DNA of 64,000 nucleotides from Nitrospirota bacterium (GTDB lineage Bacteria > Nitrospirota > UBA9217), in assembly GCA_963845065.1 (NCBI GenBank), contig CAWJQQ010000005.1, positions 128,001 through 192,000 of the forward strand. The letters run 5' to 3'. A program made the translations under genes and the position numbers. Within the stretch, counting starts at the first letter, position 1. Each line of letters opens with the position of its first letter. Shown here one piece after another: positions 24,665 to 34,759 of this stretch. Under the pieces are notes generated by a model, which saw only the letters and a program-made list of their open reading frames with translations, had not been told where the DNA came from and did no database searches.

Positions 24665-25033
24665 ATGGAAAACAAAGAGTTCGTATTCATTCTCACTCAC
24701 TCATATGATGCCATAGAACGAGCTGCAGGCGCACTTCAGCTTGCCACGAACATGGCGGCCTTTGAAGCAAAGGTCGATTTCTTCTTGATGAATGAGGGTG
24801 TTCACCTTGCACGCCAAGGATTTGCAGAATCCATGACATGGCAAAAGAGCTTTTCACCCGTTGCAGAGCTTATGAAAAGCTTGATTGAAGAATTTGACTG
24901 CAACTTTTATATCTGCGCATCCTGCGTCAAGCCCTATGGGCTAGAAGGTGCAGACTTGATCAAGAATGCCGAAGTAAAACCTGGTTCGTTTTTAGGAGAA
25001 ATGCTGATGAAACGGTCGGGTTTAACATTCTAG
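24665..25033 (+). CDS. DsrE-family protein
   Basis: FFLMNEGVHLA and ICASC motifs; GGAGG SD. Confidence 0.8.
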   Translation: MENKEFVFILTHSYDAIERAAGALQLATNMAAFEAKVDFFLMNEGVHLARQGFAESMTWQKSFSPVAELMKSLIEEFDCNFYICASCVKPYGLEGADLIKNAEVKPGSFLGEMLMKRSGLTF

Positions 25034-25162
25034 ATATGCACGACACCCTCTATTCACGAGATCCGCTGTTTTCTTCCCTAGAGTGCATAGCTTTCATAAG
25101 CGTCTTGCTCTCCCGAATCAAACGCATTGCATATGCTCTGCGTTCATGCTATAAACAGGATC

Positions 25163-25738
25163 ATGAAAAACATCGCAAATTTTCTTTTTGAAGCGGGAAT
25201 GCTCAAGCGCACTCCGCGGAGCGGGTTCCAGTTTTTGGGTTCCGGCGTTGAATCAGTTGCCGAACATATTTTTCGTACAACCTATATCGGCTATACGCTA
25301 GGAAAGTTGGTCTTGGACGTGAATGTTGATCGGCTGGTCAAGATGTGTCTGTTCCATGATCTTCCCGAGGCGCGGACCGGCGATCTTAACTATGTAAATA
25401 AAAAATATGTAGAAGCTAATGAAAAAAAATCGATCGCAGACTTAGCAGAAACGTTGCCTTTTGGGAATGAGATCAAAGATCTAATTCTCGAGTTTATGGA
25501 GGGAAAGACAGAAGAGGCAAAGCTTGCTCGAGACGCAGACCAGATCGAGATGATCCTGGCGCTAAAGGAATATAAAGATTTGGGAAACAAGTACGCCGAC
25601 GAGTGGCTGCAGTTTTCTCTCAAAAGGCTCCAGACAGATGCAGGCAGGGAACTTTCCAAGACGATTCTTGAGACAGACTCATCGATGTGGTGGTTTAGCG
25701 ACAAGGGCGACTGGTGGGTCAGCGGCGGCAAGCAATGA
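25163..25738 (+). CDS. HD-domain hydrolase (YfbR/HDDC2-like)
   Basis: LKRTPRSG, ESVAEH, FHDLPEARTGD, DADQIE. Confidence 0.88.
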   Translation: MKNIANFLFEAGMLKRTPRSGFQFLGSGVESVAEHIFRTTYIGYTLGKLVLDVNVDRLVKMCLFHDLPEARTGDLNYVNKKYVEANEKKSIADLAETLPFGNEIKDLILEFMEGKTEEAKLARDADQIEMILALKEYKDLGNKYADEWLQFSLKRLQTDAGRELSKTILETDSSMWWFSDKGDWWVSGGKQ

Positions 25739-26356
25739 AAGCTTGAGGTAGGCATCAGCCGGCGCCATCGCGTCATGAACATTTATGCGGTAGAGTTTGC
25801 AACCAAGCCTCTCGTAATAATTGATGAGAGGTGCAATCCGTTCATGGAAAATGACGAGCTTCTTTTCGATCATCTCACGGTGGTCATCAGCACGTCCCAT
25901 CCTGTCTCTGCCGATATTCTCCCTTATGCGGCAAAAGACATCCACGGCAGAACATTCCAAGATCACCAGGAAATGGACACGCGCAATCTTCGCGATGTCC
26001 CGTGCCTGCCCCTCGTGGCGGGGGATTCCGTTTAAGACGAGGACGTTGTATTTTGAGAAACCTTTGCGAATCAGAAATAGGGAGAAGATTTTTTGGGCAA
26101 GAGCGAAATGCTCGTTCTCAAGCAGGAGTCCGCGTTCAAGCACGCCATGGATGGTAGTAATCTCAATAGCCGTATACTTTCCGGAACGTCCATTGTCGGC
26201 AACGGCGCCGCGAAGCTCTGAGCCAAAATCGAGATGATAACATGGTCGTCCGAACAGACCGTACTGTGCGATCATGTCGCCGAGGGGGCTTTTCCCCACG
26301 CCCTTGGACCAAGAAGCAGGATTGGAGTCGACAGGATAGGTGTAGGAATTACTCAT
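25679..26356 (-). CDS. Adenylate/nucleoside-monophosphate kinase-like protein with a scrambled N-terminal P-loop strand
   Basis: GVGKSPLG, FGSELR, LNGIPR..GQA, R.DD....KKL.IF; see the finding on compensating frameshifts. Confidence 0.7.
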   Translation of the reverse strand: MSNSYTYPVDSNPASWSKGVGKSPLGDMIAQYGLFGRPCYHLDFGSELRGAVADNGRSGKYTAIEITTIHGVLERGLLLENEHFALAQKIFSLFLIRKGFSKYNVLVLNGIPRHEGQARDIAKIARVHFLVILECSAVDVFCRIRENIGRDRMGRADDHREMIEKKLVIFHERIAPLINYYERLGCKLYRINVHDAMAPADAYLKLSLLAAADPPVALVAKPPHR

Positions 26357-26431
26357 AACATGGGTACAGAGGCAGGTGTTTAGTGTCCTGTTAAAAAATT
26401 AAAACGACCACGCTGCCCCTTTTTTCCCCTC

Positions 26432-26884
26432 TTAATCTTCACGCATCTTCTTCCGCAAATTCTCTAAACTTTTCCTGGATGCTATCGTGAGTTGGTCCTC
26501 TGGTATCTCCCTAAGATTATACCAGCCGATCTCATCGCACTTATTCGGTTCTCTGATGCAGGGTGTGCCGCACTTTATCCTGCAAAGATATGTCGGGGAG
26601 ACCCAGTGCTGTTTTTCTCTGGGGATGATATGGTTTACGACATCGAGGAGGGCCTGCACTTCGATGGCAATTCCATATTCCTCCATCACTTCGCGGACAA
26701 GGGCCTGTTCGAGCGTTTCACCGAACTCGACTCCACCGCCAGGAAACTCCCATCTTCCCGATTCGTTCCGTGCTTCCCGTCCTCGTTTGGCGAGAAAGAC
26801 TTTGCCATCGGAGTTAAAAATCACGGCACCTACACCCACGCCTATATAGTCGGTCCCTTTTTTCATGAAAATTTTTGTTTTCAT
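26432..26884 (-). CDS. NUDIX hydrolase
   Basis: Nudix box GGGVEFGETLEQALVREVMEEYG. Confidence 0.9.
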   Translation of the reverse strand: MKTKIFMKKGTDYIGVGVGAVIFNSDGKVFLAKRGREARNESGRWEFPGGGVEFGETLEQALVREVMEEYGIAIEVQALLDVVNHIIPREKQHWVSPTYLCRIKCGTPCIREPNKCDEIGWYNLREIPEDQLTIASRKSLENLRKKMRED

Positions 26885-27006
26885 CTGTTCTTGTACAAGG
26901 TCAGGATGATGGAAGTGTGGAGCGGATTTCCTCGATCATAACGTTCTGCAGCAATCTACCAAAAACGTCGGATAAAGTCAAAACCCTGTTTCCACATGGT
27001 TTTTGC

Positions 27007-27034
27007 TTGACATATTTCTGTTTTCGCTTATAAT
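27007..27034 (+). promoter_or_regulatory. Sigma70 promoter of the rpmH operon
   Basis: TTGACA-N16-TATAAT. Confidence 0.75.
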
Positions 27035-27072
27035 ACCCCCCTATTCAAATTAGCGGAGAAGGAGCAGGTACG

Positions 27073-27210
27073 ATGTCGGAAACAACAGCTCAAAAAAGCA
27101 ATCTGAAACAAAAGAGGGCGCAGGGTTTCAGGAAACGGATGAGTACTGCAAAGGGCCGGGAAGTCATTAACCGCCGTAGAGCCAAGGGAAGAAAGCGCCT
27201 CGCTGTTTAG
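27073..27210 (+). CDS. rpmH: 50S ribosomal protein L34 (below the ORF-track size cutoff)
   Basis: [45 protein letters not shown]; upstream of rnpA. Confidence 0.93.
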   Translation: MSETTAQKSNLKQKRAQGFRKRMSTAKGREVINRRRAKGRKRLAV

Positions 27211-27232
27211 CATCCCTTGCGGGATCTAAATC

Positions 27233-27601
27233 ATGCCCTACGCATACCAGAAAAGCGAGCGGTTGCGAAAAAATACTGAGTTTGTTGCTGCCATGAAAGG
27301 AAAAAGACTGTCCCTGGACGGTCTTTCTCTTTTTTATACCAGGAACGACGGGGAAAACTTCAGGGTCGGGATCTCTGTCAGCAAGAAGCAGGCGAACGCG
27401 GTAAAAAGAAACAAGGTGAAACGGCGAATTCGAAACTGCGTTATGAAGGCGCTCAAGGGTCATTCGCAGGCGTATGACCTAGTCTTTGTGGCGCGACAGG
27501 AGCTTTATAATGCGCCCTTTGAGCAGATCATGAAGGCAGTGGAGACTATTCTTCGAAAAACTGTTCTTCTCAATATGAATCCGAAAGGTGCCGGACCGTG
27601 A
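27233..27601 (+). CDS. rnpA: Ribonuclease P protein component
   Basis: ERLRK..EF, RVGISVSKK, AVKRNKVKRRIR. Confidence 0.95.
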   Translation: MPYAYQKSERLRKNTEFVAAMKGKRLSLDGLSLFYTRNDGENFRVGISVSKKQANAVKRNKVKRRIRNCVMKALKGHSQAYDLVFVARQELYNAPFEQIMKAVETILRKTVLLNMNPKGAGP

Positions 27602-27807
27602 ATCTTTTTTTTATTTCCATCATCCGCCTCTATCAGCGCTATGTATCCCCCTTTTTACCGTCAGCATGCCGGTTCACTCCTTCGTGTTCAGAATTTGCCG
27701 TTGAGGCGTTCGAGCAGAAACATGCGCTGCGGGCGCTCTGGATGACGGTCATGCGGATTGCCAAGTGCCACCCCTTGCATGCCGGGGGATATGATCCCGT
27801 AAAATAG
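27598..27807 (+). CDS. yidD: Membrane protein insertion efficiency factor
   Basis: YQRYVSP, CRFTPSCS, RI.KCHP...GGYDPV. Confidence 0.95.
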   Translation: MNLFFISIIRLYQRYVSPFLPSACRFTPSCSEFAVEAFEQKHALRALWMTVMRIAKCHPLHAGGYDPVK

Positions 27808-27820
27808 TTTCGGAGGATTC

Positions 27821-29518
27821 ATGGAAACGCGAAGATTCATTTTTGCACTTTCACTTTCATTGCTTGTGTTCTTGGTTTACGTGCGTTTTTTTGCACCTAA
27901 GCCGCCGGAGAAACCGGCAGTCCCAGAAACAACAAAAGAGGCAATGTCACACTTGAAACCAAGTGAACCTGCGCGTCCGTCTGTGCATCCCGAAGCAGCA
28001 GCGACGAAGATTGAGCAAGCAGCTGCGGGCAAAGAAATCGTAATTGAAACCGACCTCGTGAAAGCGAGCGTGGATACCGCAGGCGGTGTTATTTCGGGAT
28101 GGGAATTAAAGCACTATCGGGAGGCTGACAAGACCGAGGTTGGCCTCATTGCCTTATATAAACGAATCATGGGACAGACACCGCCAGAGCAACAGAAGAA
28201 AGAGCTCGGCAACGTTCAATTACTGCCATCGTACGAGGGCATCAATCGCGATGAAATGATTGCACCGCTGACGGTTGCATCGGGTGATAAGGCCCTGTAT
28301 CAGCTCGCTCAGGTTGAATATCGAGCTGATCATGATAAGATCCTGCTTAGCAAAGACAAACCATCTGAGACATTGGTACTTACCTACAAGGGACCGGCGG
28401 GAATAGAGATTGAAAAACGCCTGACCTTCCATAACGATTCCTATAAGGTAGACGTTGTCATACAAACCAAAGGGCTTGGCGAGTACACGCTCTCTCTCGG
28501 AACTGACTTCGGAATTGCCGATAAGGTGAGCAAGGACGCAAAAGGCCGCGTAGGGCTTGTTGCTGTTGTCGATGGGAAATTAGTTTCTAATAAACTGGAC
28601 GGCATCAAGGGAGAGGTGCAGCACAGTGGGGCCATTGACTGGTTCGGTCAGGATGACAAGTATTTTACCGCCACGATACTTTCCGACGTTAATGGCATCG
28701 TTACGAGCAAACGGGTATCAGCACCGAAGGAAATTGGCGACCTGCTCACAACGGATCTGGCGGTCAAGGAAAAACCCGAAGCGCATACCTTCTCGTTGTA
28801 TGCCGGCCCAAAGATCTTTACACTTCTTGAAGCCCAAGGCCACGGAATGGAGCAGTTGGTTGATTACGGCTGGTTCAGCATTCTGGCAAAGCCAATGTTC
28901 TGGCTCCTAAGACATTTTTATACCATCACGAAAAACTACGGCATTTCGATCATCTTGCTTACCATCGTCGTAAGAGCCTTGCTGTTCTATCCATCACTCA
29001 AGAGCGCAACTGCCATGGAGGAGATGAAGAAGATTCAGCCTCAGCTCCTTGCGATCCGCGAAAAGTACAAGAAGGACTCGGCGCGGATAAATCAGGAAAT
29101 GATGAAATTGTACAAGGAGCATAAAGTAAACCCGCTCGGCGGATGTCTGCCAATGCTGCTGCAACTGCCGTTCTTCATCGCTCTTTATAACGTGCTGTCC
29201 GTATCGATCGAGTTGCGTCAATCACCGTTCATTTCCTTCTGGATTAAGGATTTATCGGTTTATGATCCCTACTATATTTTGCCTGTGCTGATGGGCGTGA
29301 GCATGATCTTTACGATGAAAATGACCTCCACCACAGTGGATCCACAGCAGCAGAAAATCATGATGTTCATGAACATCGCGTTCATTTTCCTCTTTGCTTG
29401 GCTTCCCGCCGGGCTCCTGCTGTACATTACGCTCTCCAATATTCTTTCGATCGTGCAGCAATTGTACGTTAGAAAACTGCTCGCTACCAGGACGCATACC
29501 ACCGCTCTTTCATCCTAG
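27821..29518 (+). CDS. yidC: Membrane protein insertase YidC
   Basis: VDYGWF..LAKP, NYG.SIILLT, NPLGGCLPML.Q.P. Confidence 0.96.
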   Translation: METRRFIFALSLSLLVFLVYVRFFAPKPPEKPAVPETTKEAMSHLKPSEPARPSVHPEAAATKIEQAAAGKEIVIETDLVKASVDTAGGVISGWELKHYREADKTEVGLIALYKRIMGQTPPEQQKKELGNVQLLPSYEGINRDEMIAPLTVASGDKALYQLAQVEYRADHDKILLSKDKPSETLVLTYKGPAGIEIEKRLTFHNDSYKVDVVIQTKGLGEYTLSLGTDFGIADKVSKDAKGRVGLVAVVDGKLVSNKLDGIKGEVQHSGAIDWFGQDDKYFTATILSDVNGIVTSKRVSAPKEIGDLLTTDLAVKEKPEAHTFSLYAGPKIFTLLEAQGHGMEQLVDYGWFSILAKPMFWLLRHFYTITKNYGISIILLTIVVRALLFYPSLKSATAMEEMKKIQPQLLAIREKYKKDSARINQEMMKLYKEHKVNPLGGCLPMLLQLPFFIALYNVLSVSIELRQSPFISFWIKDLSVYDPYYILPVLMGVSMIFTMKMTSTTVDPQQQKIMMFMNIAFIFLFAWLPAGLLLYITLSNILSIVQQLYVRKLLATRTHTTALSS

Positions 29519-30249
29519 CTAGCAAAAACTCTCAGCGTCAGCAGATGCGGGGAGCGTACAAGTTTTTTTGCACTATACTTTTTTCTATGCACATGAAGAT
29601 CGAGAATGTCGCAATTATTGTGAGTATCCTTGTCCTATCTATGCAGCCGACAGGTCCAGAAGCTCAGGGTTTATTTGTTGAAGTCGGCGAAGGTTTTTGT
29701 TCTCTCACAATGCGGGAGTAATGATGGTCTGTTAACAGATTGATGCGTCAGTCTTATTCAACGAGGAGATTTATTATGATGCGTATAATATGCATTATGG
29801 GTCGGATATGATCAAAGTGTGGCTGTCGGCCTGGCATTGAGGTACACGGTGGGAGCGAACTGCAGATAATTTATTGAGTCTGAGCATGGGACCGGGCGGC
29901 GTCTACCGACCGTCGATGAATTTGGGGCGACCCCATGAATTCTCTGGACGTCTGGCATTTGAAAAAGTGGTTGGGTAGAGCGCTTTTTTCAATTGGCAGG
30001 ATTCATTATTCAGATGCAAAATATTTAATCCACTGGTCTGCCCTAACTATGGCGAAAACTTTCTGAACTTGTCCTTGGGCGCGAACTTTTAGCCGAAGGT
30101 CAGTACCGTTCAAAAACATGACTAATCGCAAAGAGGCGTCTTGTTTGATGCTGGTATGAACCGGAGTTCACGAAATGTTTCTCTTGTATGATATCCCCTA
30201 TAAAAAAAATGACGCCGTCAAATGATCTTTAAGTGGTTGTCTCAGTCCC

Positions 30250-30540
30250 AGGAATACTTCGACGGCAATCGGAACGAACTGTGAACTAGCCAAATAGCGA
30301 ATTTACTTCCGAACCTGTTATTCAAACTAGGCAGTGCGAAAGAACCGATAGAAGATGCGCACTGCCAAAGTAATTTGCTTGCCCGGGTAACCGGAACTTT
30401 CGCATTGCCCATGATTGCAGTAGGGAATATCTATGACGGGTACTAGATAGGGGGATCAGATGTGAAACTCATAGTTGTCGGGAAAGCTTGTCTTGCCGAT
30501 ATCGTGAGGCCAGTGTCCGAGCCGGATAAATGGCTGCTTC
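30250..30540 (+). pseudogene. Possible decayed nucleotidyltransferase (MNT-like) gene
   Basis: Short frame SDVKLIVVGKACLADIVRPVSEPDKWL (30456-30536) resembles the SDxDL(l)VVG region; surrounding frames are broken. Confidence 0.3.
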
Positions 30541-30672
30541 GTTTCTTTCATTCCCGAGGAGTAGGAATGACATGTGCATAGCCGACCGCACCGCTAAATG
30601 CGTATTCAATGCTGGAGCCTTCAGAGCACGTTCAGATATTACATGCTAAAGAATGAGAGAGAGGAAGATGCT

Positions 30673-31104
30673 CTATACGATCCCGACGAGTTCGATGTCG
30701 AAGGTAAGGTCTTTTCCTGATAGCGGATGATTGGCATCAAGGGTCAACATTGAATCCGTGATGGCCAAGACCGTGACGAGGATGTTCTGGTCGTCCATCT
30801 GGGTAAGTTCAAGTCGCTGACCGACCTTCGGGTCCAAATCAACAGGAAGCTTGCTCCGCTCCATGGTAATAATCATTTCCTTGCGGTGCGGTCCGTATGC
30901 TTTGTCCATGGGTATAGTGACGGTCTTGGATTCCCCGGTGTTCATACCGTCGATGGCCTGCTCGAATCCCACGATAACCTGCCCCTTGCCGATGGTGAAT
31001 TGGAGGGGATGATGCCGGTTCCGGGACGTGTCGAAGACTATCCCATCACCCAACTTGCCGGTATAGTGAACATTGACAGTATCTCCCTGTTTGGCTTGAG
31101 TCAT
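30673..31104 (-). CDS. FKBP-type peptidyl-prolyl isomerase (SlyD/SlpA-like)
   Basis: V.VHYTGKL..G.VFDTS, LDANHPLSGK.LTFDI. Confidence 0.92.
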   Translation of the reverse strand: MTQAKQGDTVNVHYTGKLGDGIVFDTSRNRHHPLQFTIGKGQVIVGFEQAIDGMNTGESKTVTIPMDKAYGPHRKEMIITMERSKLPVDLDPKVGQRLELTQMDDQNILVTVLAITDSMLTLDANHPLSGKDLTFDIELVGIV

Positions 31105-31627
31105 AAAGTTCTCCTTTGTGCGTGGCTTCCCGTGTTGTACGAGAATGAAAAAGCATCTAATAGTGTACCCTTTCTCCTATTTAACTTCAATGGAAAAAAG
31201 TTGAGTACCGTTGGGTCCCAAAGAATGAATGTTCTTTACGACATGTCTTGACAACGTCGAAACCATGAGATATTGTATTCACAGGAATATGGAAGAGGAG
31301 ATGAGTGTGTTGCGGTGCCAATTTCCTCCTCCTATTCTTATAAATTATAAAATAGGCCACGTCAAGAATCCCGAATCAGCAAAGGATTCGGATACGTTCA
31401 GCTTAATTCTCAGGTGTCAGCGGAACATGTCGTACAGGATCTTCTTAACCACAAAAGCAAGAGAGCAGTCCACTCGATGTCAAAACCCATGCCTTATTGC
31501 CCGATATGGCAGAATTTTGTATACATCGCTGATCAGTTGAAGGACTTGGTCTCCAGTGAGAATGTGGCAGCCACCGTGAATGCGAGGCGAGAGGTAAGTA
31601 CAGGACGAAAAGAATGAAGGATTAACT

Positions 31628-32227
31628 ATGAAAAAAGATAAAGTACTTCCAACACCGCCAAAAATGGCATTCGGAAGAAAGAGGCCGTCGGAACAACCTG
31701 ATGATCAGAGCGGACTTATAGCAGACCGCATGGCAGCAGCAATGGCAGAAGGAAAGATTGAAGAATTTTTGAAGCAGGAAATACCGGATAATGAATTTGC
31801 GAAAAATCTGGTAAACATGATGATGGGTATGACGGGAATGATGCCCATTGGAGACCACACCACGGCCCCACAGTCTCATGTGAAGGAGCAGCAGCCCAAG
31901 TCCTCCGAGAAAAAGACTATGGAGCAGATATCGCCTTCAGCAGTAGTACCAGAGGATGTACAAAAGGCAATCACCAACGGAGATGTCAAGGGTCTCAAGG
32001 ATCTTCTTCGAAGGGAATTTCTCAAGCGGACACCCGGAACAGATATTGGCATGAGCGAAGAAGCTGTTACACTGCAGCCACAGTCGTCTGGCATGCCCAC
32101 GATTGATAAGGATCTCATAGACGCAATGGTCCAGATAGCAAAGGACAACAGTGTTACAATGGACTGGATGATCCTGAGGGCGATCAAGGTCTATATTCAG
32201 GAATATCAAAAAACGGGCAGGTTGTAA
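31628..32227 (+). CDS. Hypothetical Met-rich protein with possible C-terminal ribbon-helix-helix
   Basis: AAGGA SD; C-terminus TIDKDLIDAMVQIAKDNSVTMDWMILRAIKVYI fits an RHH pattern. Confidence 0.55.
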   Translation: MKKDKVLPTPPKMAFGRKRPSEQPDDQSGLIADRMAAAMAEGKIEEFLKQEIPDNEFAKNLVNMMMGMTGMMPIGDHTTAPQSHVKEQQPKSSEKKTMEQISPSAVVPEDVQKAITNGDVKGLKDLLRREFLKRTPGTDIGMSEEAVTLQPQSSGMPTIDKDLIDAMVQIAKDNSVTMDWMILRAIKVYIQEYQKTGRL

Positions 32228-32284
32228 ATGAAATGGTTTTCTTGTGAACGACAAGACGAGCTCGGCGGCTTTGCACAGCAGCCT

Positions 32285-33430
32285 CTATTGTTTACAGTCC
32301 AAGAACGTCATCACATGTTTTTTAATTTCGCGATGATGAAGCGGGATGTTAGGCACGTCTTTGTTCCCCGGGAGGGCAAGGGCGTGAATAAAAGCGGGAC
32401 CCTGTCGTTGCTGTTTCATTACCTCAATTAGTTCCTTATCCGTTGTCACCTTCACTGTGTCCCTAAAACCAAACCCCCGAGCCACTTGTTCCAAATCAAC
32501 GCAGGAGGACGCGAGTGTCGGCTGGTTTCCCGTTGAACCGTAGGCACCATTGTCGATCGCAATAATCGTTAAATTTTTAGGAGCTGTATAAGCCGCTGTT
32601 GCCAGCGTGCCTGGGTTCATGAGCAGGCTTCCATCACCGTCGATCACGATAACCTCCTTTGGCGACGTCAGCGCAATACCGAGCCCCAAGGGTGTGGCCA
32701 TGCCCATGCTCCCGAGCATGTAGAAGTTCGAAGGCTGGTGCCTGATTGCGTAGAGCTCTTTTGAGGGCCAGCCTAAATTGCACACCACGGCCTTTCCTAC
32801 AAGTTGTGGCGCGATAACATTAATAACATCGTAGCGCGTAAGGGTTGGCGAAAATGCGGGATGCATTATACATGATTCAGGAAAAACAACATGTTGCTTA
32901 TTGAGGATACCGGGATCCGAATCTTTCCCTTTACAATCCGATCCTTCCCATACTGCGGGACTCAGCAAAAAAGCATGAATTTTGTTGGTCTCGAAAACGT
33001 TCTGCAGCTCATGGTCCACGGTGTTGAAATCACGGCTGCTGTTTATTTCTGAATGGGGAATTTTGGCACCTGCCAGGATTTCAGGGAGGCGCTGCCCCAT
33101 TGGGAGCTGGGCCTCGATCTTCTCCTGGTAAACCCCTCTGCGGCTGACGAACAATGCCAGCGGTAACTCGTAGAATTGCGTGAGTGATAGCAGGGCGTTG
33201 ATCATATTCCCGATACCCGAGCTCTGGACGAACATGGCAGGTCGTTTACCGGCGAGCGCAGTACCGGCGCAGATGCCGACCCCTTCCTCTTCCCGGGTAA
33301 GGGGCACGTGGGTGAAGTTAGGCGCGATCATATCGAGAAGGGTCTTGATCTTCTCGCAGGGTAGGGTGGCGGTGAAGGCGACGCCTTGTTTTTTGAGTAT
33401 GGCTATGAGCTCTTCTTCAGGACGTGACAA
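32285..33430 (-). CDS. comDE: Fused sulfopyruvate decarboxylase ComDE
   Basis: N-half TLPCEK, LTREEEGVGICAG, QSSGIGNMINAL (ComD); C-half NLG.PSKEL, NFYMLGSMG, IDGDGSLLMN, DNGAYGSTG.Q (ComE, TPP motif). Confidence 0.85.
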   Translation of the reverse strand: MSRPEEELIAILKKQGVAFTATLPCEKIKTLLDMIAPNFTHVPLTREEEGVGICAGTALAGKRPAMFVQSSGIGNMINALLSLTQFYELPLALFVSRRGVYQEKIEAQLPMGQRLPEILAGAKIPHSEINSSRDFNTVDHELQNVFETNKIHAFLLSPAVWEGSDCKGKDSDPGILNKQHVVFPESCIMHPAFSPTLTRYDVINVIAPQLVGKAVVCNLGWPSKELYAIRHQPSNFYMLGSMGMATPLGLGIALTSPKEVIVIDGDGSLLMNPGTLATAAYTAPKNLTIIAIDNGAYGSTGNQPTLASSCVDLEQVARGFGFRDTVKVTTDKELIEVMKQQRQGPAFIHALALPGNKDVPNIPLHHREIKKHVMTFLDCKQ

Positions 33431-34662
33431 AGCAGCTCCTCGATCTCTTTCTCTGATGCTTTTTTGGAAATGAACTGCGGCATGACGGAGTAGGTCTTCC
33501 TGTGCTGCCGCAAACGGGCTTCACCGCCGCCGGTGATGTTCAGCAGGACCGTATCTTTTTTCTTTATCCTGCCTTTCTTCACTGCCGTTTTGAGCACGCC
33601 AACGGCCACGCCGGAAGCAGGAACTATATCAACTCCCTCGGTTTTGTTGAAATCATCCATGCCGGCGTATACGTCGACGTTTTCGATTCCGTACATTGCT
33701 CCACTGGACGCAGTCAGCGCATCAAAGACGCCACCGTGTACAGAATATGCAGGGTAGCGTGTGGAGAGAACTCTCGTTGTAATATGTGAGATGAGCTCCG
33801 GATTCAGGTCCTGGGGAAAGAGTGTCCGGCTACTCTTTTCCCAGGCATGGACCATCGGCACAAAAGGCAGATTCTGTCCGAGGTGAAGGGCCGGCAGCTG
33901 CGAGCCGAACCTGCCATCTTTGACGAAACGCTCGGCCATCTCCCATGCGCCGATTGCACCTGTGCCGCTGCCTACAGCCTGTACGTAATGGTCCGGAAGT
34001 TTTCCGATCTGCGAGACCGCTTCAAGCATGACGATACCGAGTCCATCGCGCTTTGCAATGTTTTTTACACCTCCTTCGAAGGGAAGCCCCAAGGTTAGGG
34101 CGATCTTCTTGGCAACGTCGATTGAGTCTGCGTAATCACCGTCGCCTACAGCAAGCGTCGGCACAGAGGTGGAGACTTCAAGGTACCACATTTCGAGGAG
34201 GCACATCTGCGGCACCACAATCACTACGGGGAAACCGCTCATTGTGGCAAGATGCGTAAAGGCGCGGGCCGTATTTCCTGCCGATGCAACAATAAGACCT
34301 TCCATGCCATTCTCCCGGGCATTCTGGATCACGATCGCCGCCTCAAATTCCTTAAATGTACATGTTTCGAGGAACGCACCCCTTTCAGGCCAATACCCAT
34401 TGAAGGCGATATACAGATTCTCGAGCCCAATCTGTTGTGCAAGACCTTCAGATCGGTACACAACAGGCCCGGGCTGTGATATATTCGGCACGTGGACAGG
34501 AAGCCAGTTAAATCTCCAAATGCCCTCTGCTGTGCTTTCAACTAACCGGGTATCACTGTATTGTGTGACCAGCAGTGAATCCTTGCAGTGTTCGCAGAAA
34601 GCACAGAAAGCATTCTCGAGGGTTTTTCCACAATTTCTGCATTGAATAGAAAAATGACTCAT
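33403..34662 (-). CDS. Cysteate synthase (PLP, threonine-synthase fold; Methanosarcinales type)
   Basis: FNGYWPERGA, TCTFKEFEA, ASAGNTARAF, EGGVKN.A.RDGLG, YVQAVGSGTG, NITGGG; overlaps comDE. Confidence 0.85.
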   Translation of the reverse strand: MSHFSIQCRNCGKTLENAFCAFCEHCKDSLLVTQYSDTRLVESTAEGIWRFNWLPVHVPNISQPGPVVYRSEGLAQQIGLENLYIAFNGYWPERGAFLETCTFKEFEAAIVIQNARENGMEGLIVASAGNTARAFTHLATMSGFPVVIVVPQMCLLEMWYLEVSTSVPTLAVGDGDYADSIDVAKKIALTLGLPFEGGVKNIAKRDGLGIVMLEAVSQIGKLPDHYVQAVGSGTGAIGAWEMAERFVKDGRFGSQLPALHLGQNLPFVPMVHAWEKSSRTLFPQDLNPELISHITTRVLSTRYPAYSVHGGVFDALTASSGAMYGIENVDVYAGMDDFNKTEGVDIVPASGVAVGVLKTAVKKGRIKKKDTVLLNITGGGEARLRQHRKTYSVMPQFISKKASEKEIEELLCHVLKKSS

Positions 34663-34759
34663 GAATCCACCGTGTATTGCAAAACCTGGTTTAAGCGTCC
34701 CGGTTTAATAAGCATATAAAGCAAGGACGGTAAAGCTCACATTGTTCGCTGTTCGATAT

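Noticed and set aside
31229..31617. Short plus-strand ORFs upstream of the Met-rich protein
   Set aside because: No clear SD or recognisable motif; cannot be supported
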